Below are positions 62,203-64,000 of a DNA stretch of 64,000 bases, piece by piece; the first letter of the stretch is position 1; every line of letters starts with the position of its first letter. Source of the DNA: Neodothiora populina (lineage: Eukaryota); the NCBI RefSeq assembly GCF_041146345.1, contig NW_027191408.1:186001-250000 (forward strand), read 5' to 3'. The translations under genes were made by a program, and so were the position numbers. The notes under the pieces were generated by a model. That model did not search any database, had not been told where the DNA came from, and saw nothing but the letters and a program-made list of their open reading frames with translations.

Positions 62203-63226
62203 ATTTGCAATTCTTTCTCAATCTGCTTGTGGCAGAAGGTTCAGATGGCAGCAGTTTCGAGATCGAGCGTCAGTGGTACTGTCGCAGCTGGGGAGCGTTC
62301 AATCACAGCAGACGCCACGGCAATCGGAAGTGGCATCACTTTCCGGTGCCAGCATATCGCCAAGCCCAATGCAAACGCCTGGAGTCCCGCGGTGCGCACT
62401 CGCCTTACAGCGACTTGTGGCTTACAGTGATTTACCTATATCTCATCACTTCAACATCTATCTTGTCAAGAATCTGGTGAACTTTGGACGGAACATTCTG
62501 CGAGTAATTTAGAATACAGTAGTTGCCAGACGTTAGACTGACTAAATTGGTCTACTAAGAACGTGTACAGCTATGGCGAACAGGACAATCAATGATCCGG
62601 AGAAGCACATTCGCCGGGCAAAGCAGGGTTCAATCACCCACGATCTCCACACACGCCCATGCCTTGCACAGGACATACTCGATATTGCCTTATACATGGA
62701 TGCAAGAACTTGCTCATTATCGACGATGGACTCGATCAGAAACAGGATCGGGCGCTGACGAATGGCCGTAATATCTCACAGCAGCCCAATCCAACACATA
62801 TCCCCTCACCAAGCTCGCTTGTGGCTAGGTACATCCTTGTCATCCGTGCAGCTGTGGCTGCGTCACCGCCTCACCACTTCTCGACAATACTTTCCCGATT
62901 TTGAGATGTTCAAATGATCTGCGCCTCGCTTTGCGCCCGATGATCGTGGGCCGGCGCATCCTGTTTCTGACCCCTCCCTACAATGTACTGCACAGTAGCG
63001 AACTATGTGGCTGGTGAGCTCATCATACGTCAAATGTCCCAATGCCATTGAACCTGAGAGCGGGCCTACGATGTTGAAACCTGCTCCAGGTTTTGGCATT
63101 GGGTGGTTTGCGCCAAACTTATTTCCTTCTCTCCCACCTTCATTCTTCCTTCTTCTTCAAACAGTTTGAACGTCTCCACCACCGTGCAAACCCAATCCCC
63201 TAAATCTCACACTTTGATCTCACACA

Positions 63227-64000
63227 ATGTCTGAAAAGAACACCAGCGAACAACAAGCATCTGCCGGCGCAGAGGGCAATGCCAATGTCGGTGGAGGGGT
63301 CGGTGGTCAAGCATCTTCGAAGCAGACGTCTGAGAAGAAGAAGCCAGCCAAGCTAGGCTCTAAGAAGCAGCAACAACAACAGCCTACTCCAGAGCCTTCG
63401 CAGGGCGAGGATGAAGCAGACGTCAATGGTGACGCCGAAGCTGAAGCAAACGTCGAGGCCGACGGCGAGGATAACGAAGACGAACCTGAAACCCAACCTC
63501 AGAAGTCGCGCCAGCAGTCTCGACGTCGCCAAAGTCGAGGCCGCGGTCGCAAGCAAGTTTCCGAAAGTGACACAGAATCCATCGCACGTAGCGATGTTTC
63601 CGCCGCCGGAGGTCGTCGCCAGCGTCAACGCCAGAAGAAACAGCAAGGAGGCGGCGGTCCCCTCGATGACATTACCGAGAACGTTCCCGGTGGTGAGCTC
63701 GTTGGAGGCCTAGGCGACCAGGTTCAGAACACTGCTGGCAATGCCGTCAACTCTGTTGGTGACACCGCTGGCAAGGCTCTAGGCGGCCTTACCGGTGGCG
63801 GCAACAAGAAGCAGGAGGGTGGTGAGGAGAAAGAGGACAAGGGCGAGCAGCTTCGTCTAAGATTGGAGTTGAATCTCGACATTGAGATTCAACTCAAGGC
63901 AAAGATCCACGGTGATCTGACGCTTGGTTTACTGTGAGTATTTACGATGAAACAAAAGCTTGTGATGATTACGCTTCGCTGACAGCTTTTGGGTAGTAAC
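63227..64000 (+). CDS. Fungal hypothetical protein with C-terminal LRLELNLDIEIQLKAKIHGDLTLGL motif (last exon truncated by the window edge)
   Basis: 236-aa ORF with good ATG context; GTGAGT donor at 63934, GCTGAC branch and TAG acceptor at ~63996. Confidence 0.8.

Noticed and set aside
1..64000. tRNA/rRNA, transposons, RIP-mutated repeats, CRISPR arrays
   Set aside because: No cloverleaf A/B boxes, TIR/LTR, transposase/RT motifs, long AT-rich blocks or repeat-spacer arrays seen by eye; tRNAscan-SE and Infernal would be needed to exclude small RNAs.

Overview
Gene-dense, intron-containing eukaryotic DNA from a filamentous ascomycete (Pezizomycotina). The evidence is short GT-AG introns with CTRAC/CTAAY-type branch sites and typical fungal proteins; the exact taxon cannot be fixed from sequence alone. 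I can support 23 protein-coding genes, mostly conserved housekeeping or regulatory genes. Named products include anthranilate synthase TRP2, a bromodomain protein, an Old Yellow Enzyme, an AcuM/RDS2-type Zn2Cys6 factor, meiotic SPO22/ZIP4, a PLD-superfamily enzyme and a peroxisomal ABCD half-transporter. They also include an SDR, cytochrome c, an Stc1-domain protein, NFU1, DUF3431, a YMR196W/GH63-like hydrolase, an HSL-family lipase, an HMG-box factor, MOB1, a sugar porter, a GAS2-domain protein and DUF2470. The rest are hypothetical proteins. I saw no rRNA, tRNA, transposon, CRISPR array, MAT locus or secondary-metabolite cluster, and I cannot claim a clear-cut new multi-gene system. The best leads are: (i) an HMG-box factor whose C-terminus looks like a catalytically dead thymidylate-kinase fold; (ii) a 378-nt in-frame, stop-free MOB1 intron encoding seven Ser-Pro sites; (iii) an Stc1-like zinc-finger protein with altered ligands; (iv) a protein with three Cys/Trp modules; (v) mirrored C/G strand skew around convergent gene ends; (vi) well-placed HapX/CBC, AcuK/M, FarA and CreA motifs. 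Exon boundaries were read by eye and family calls rest on remembered motifs, not database searches.
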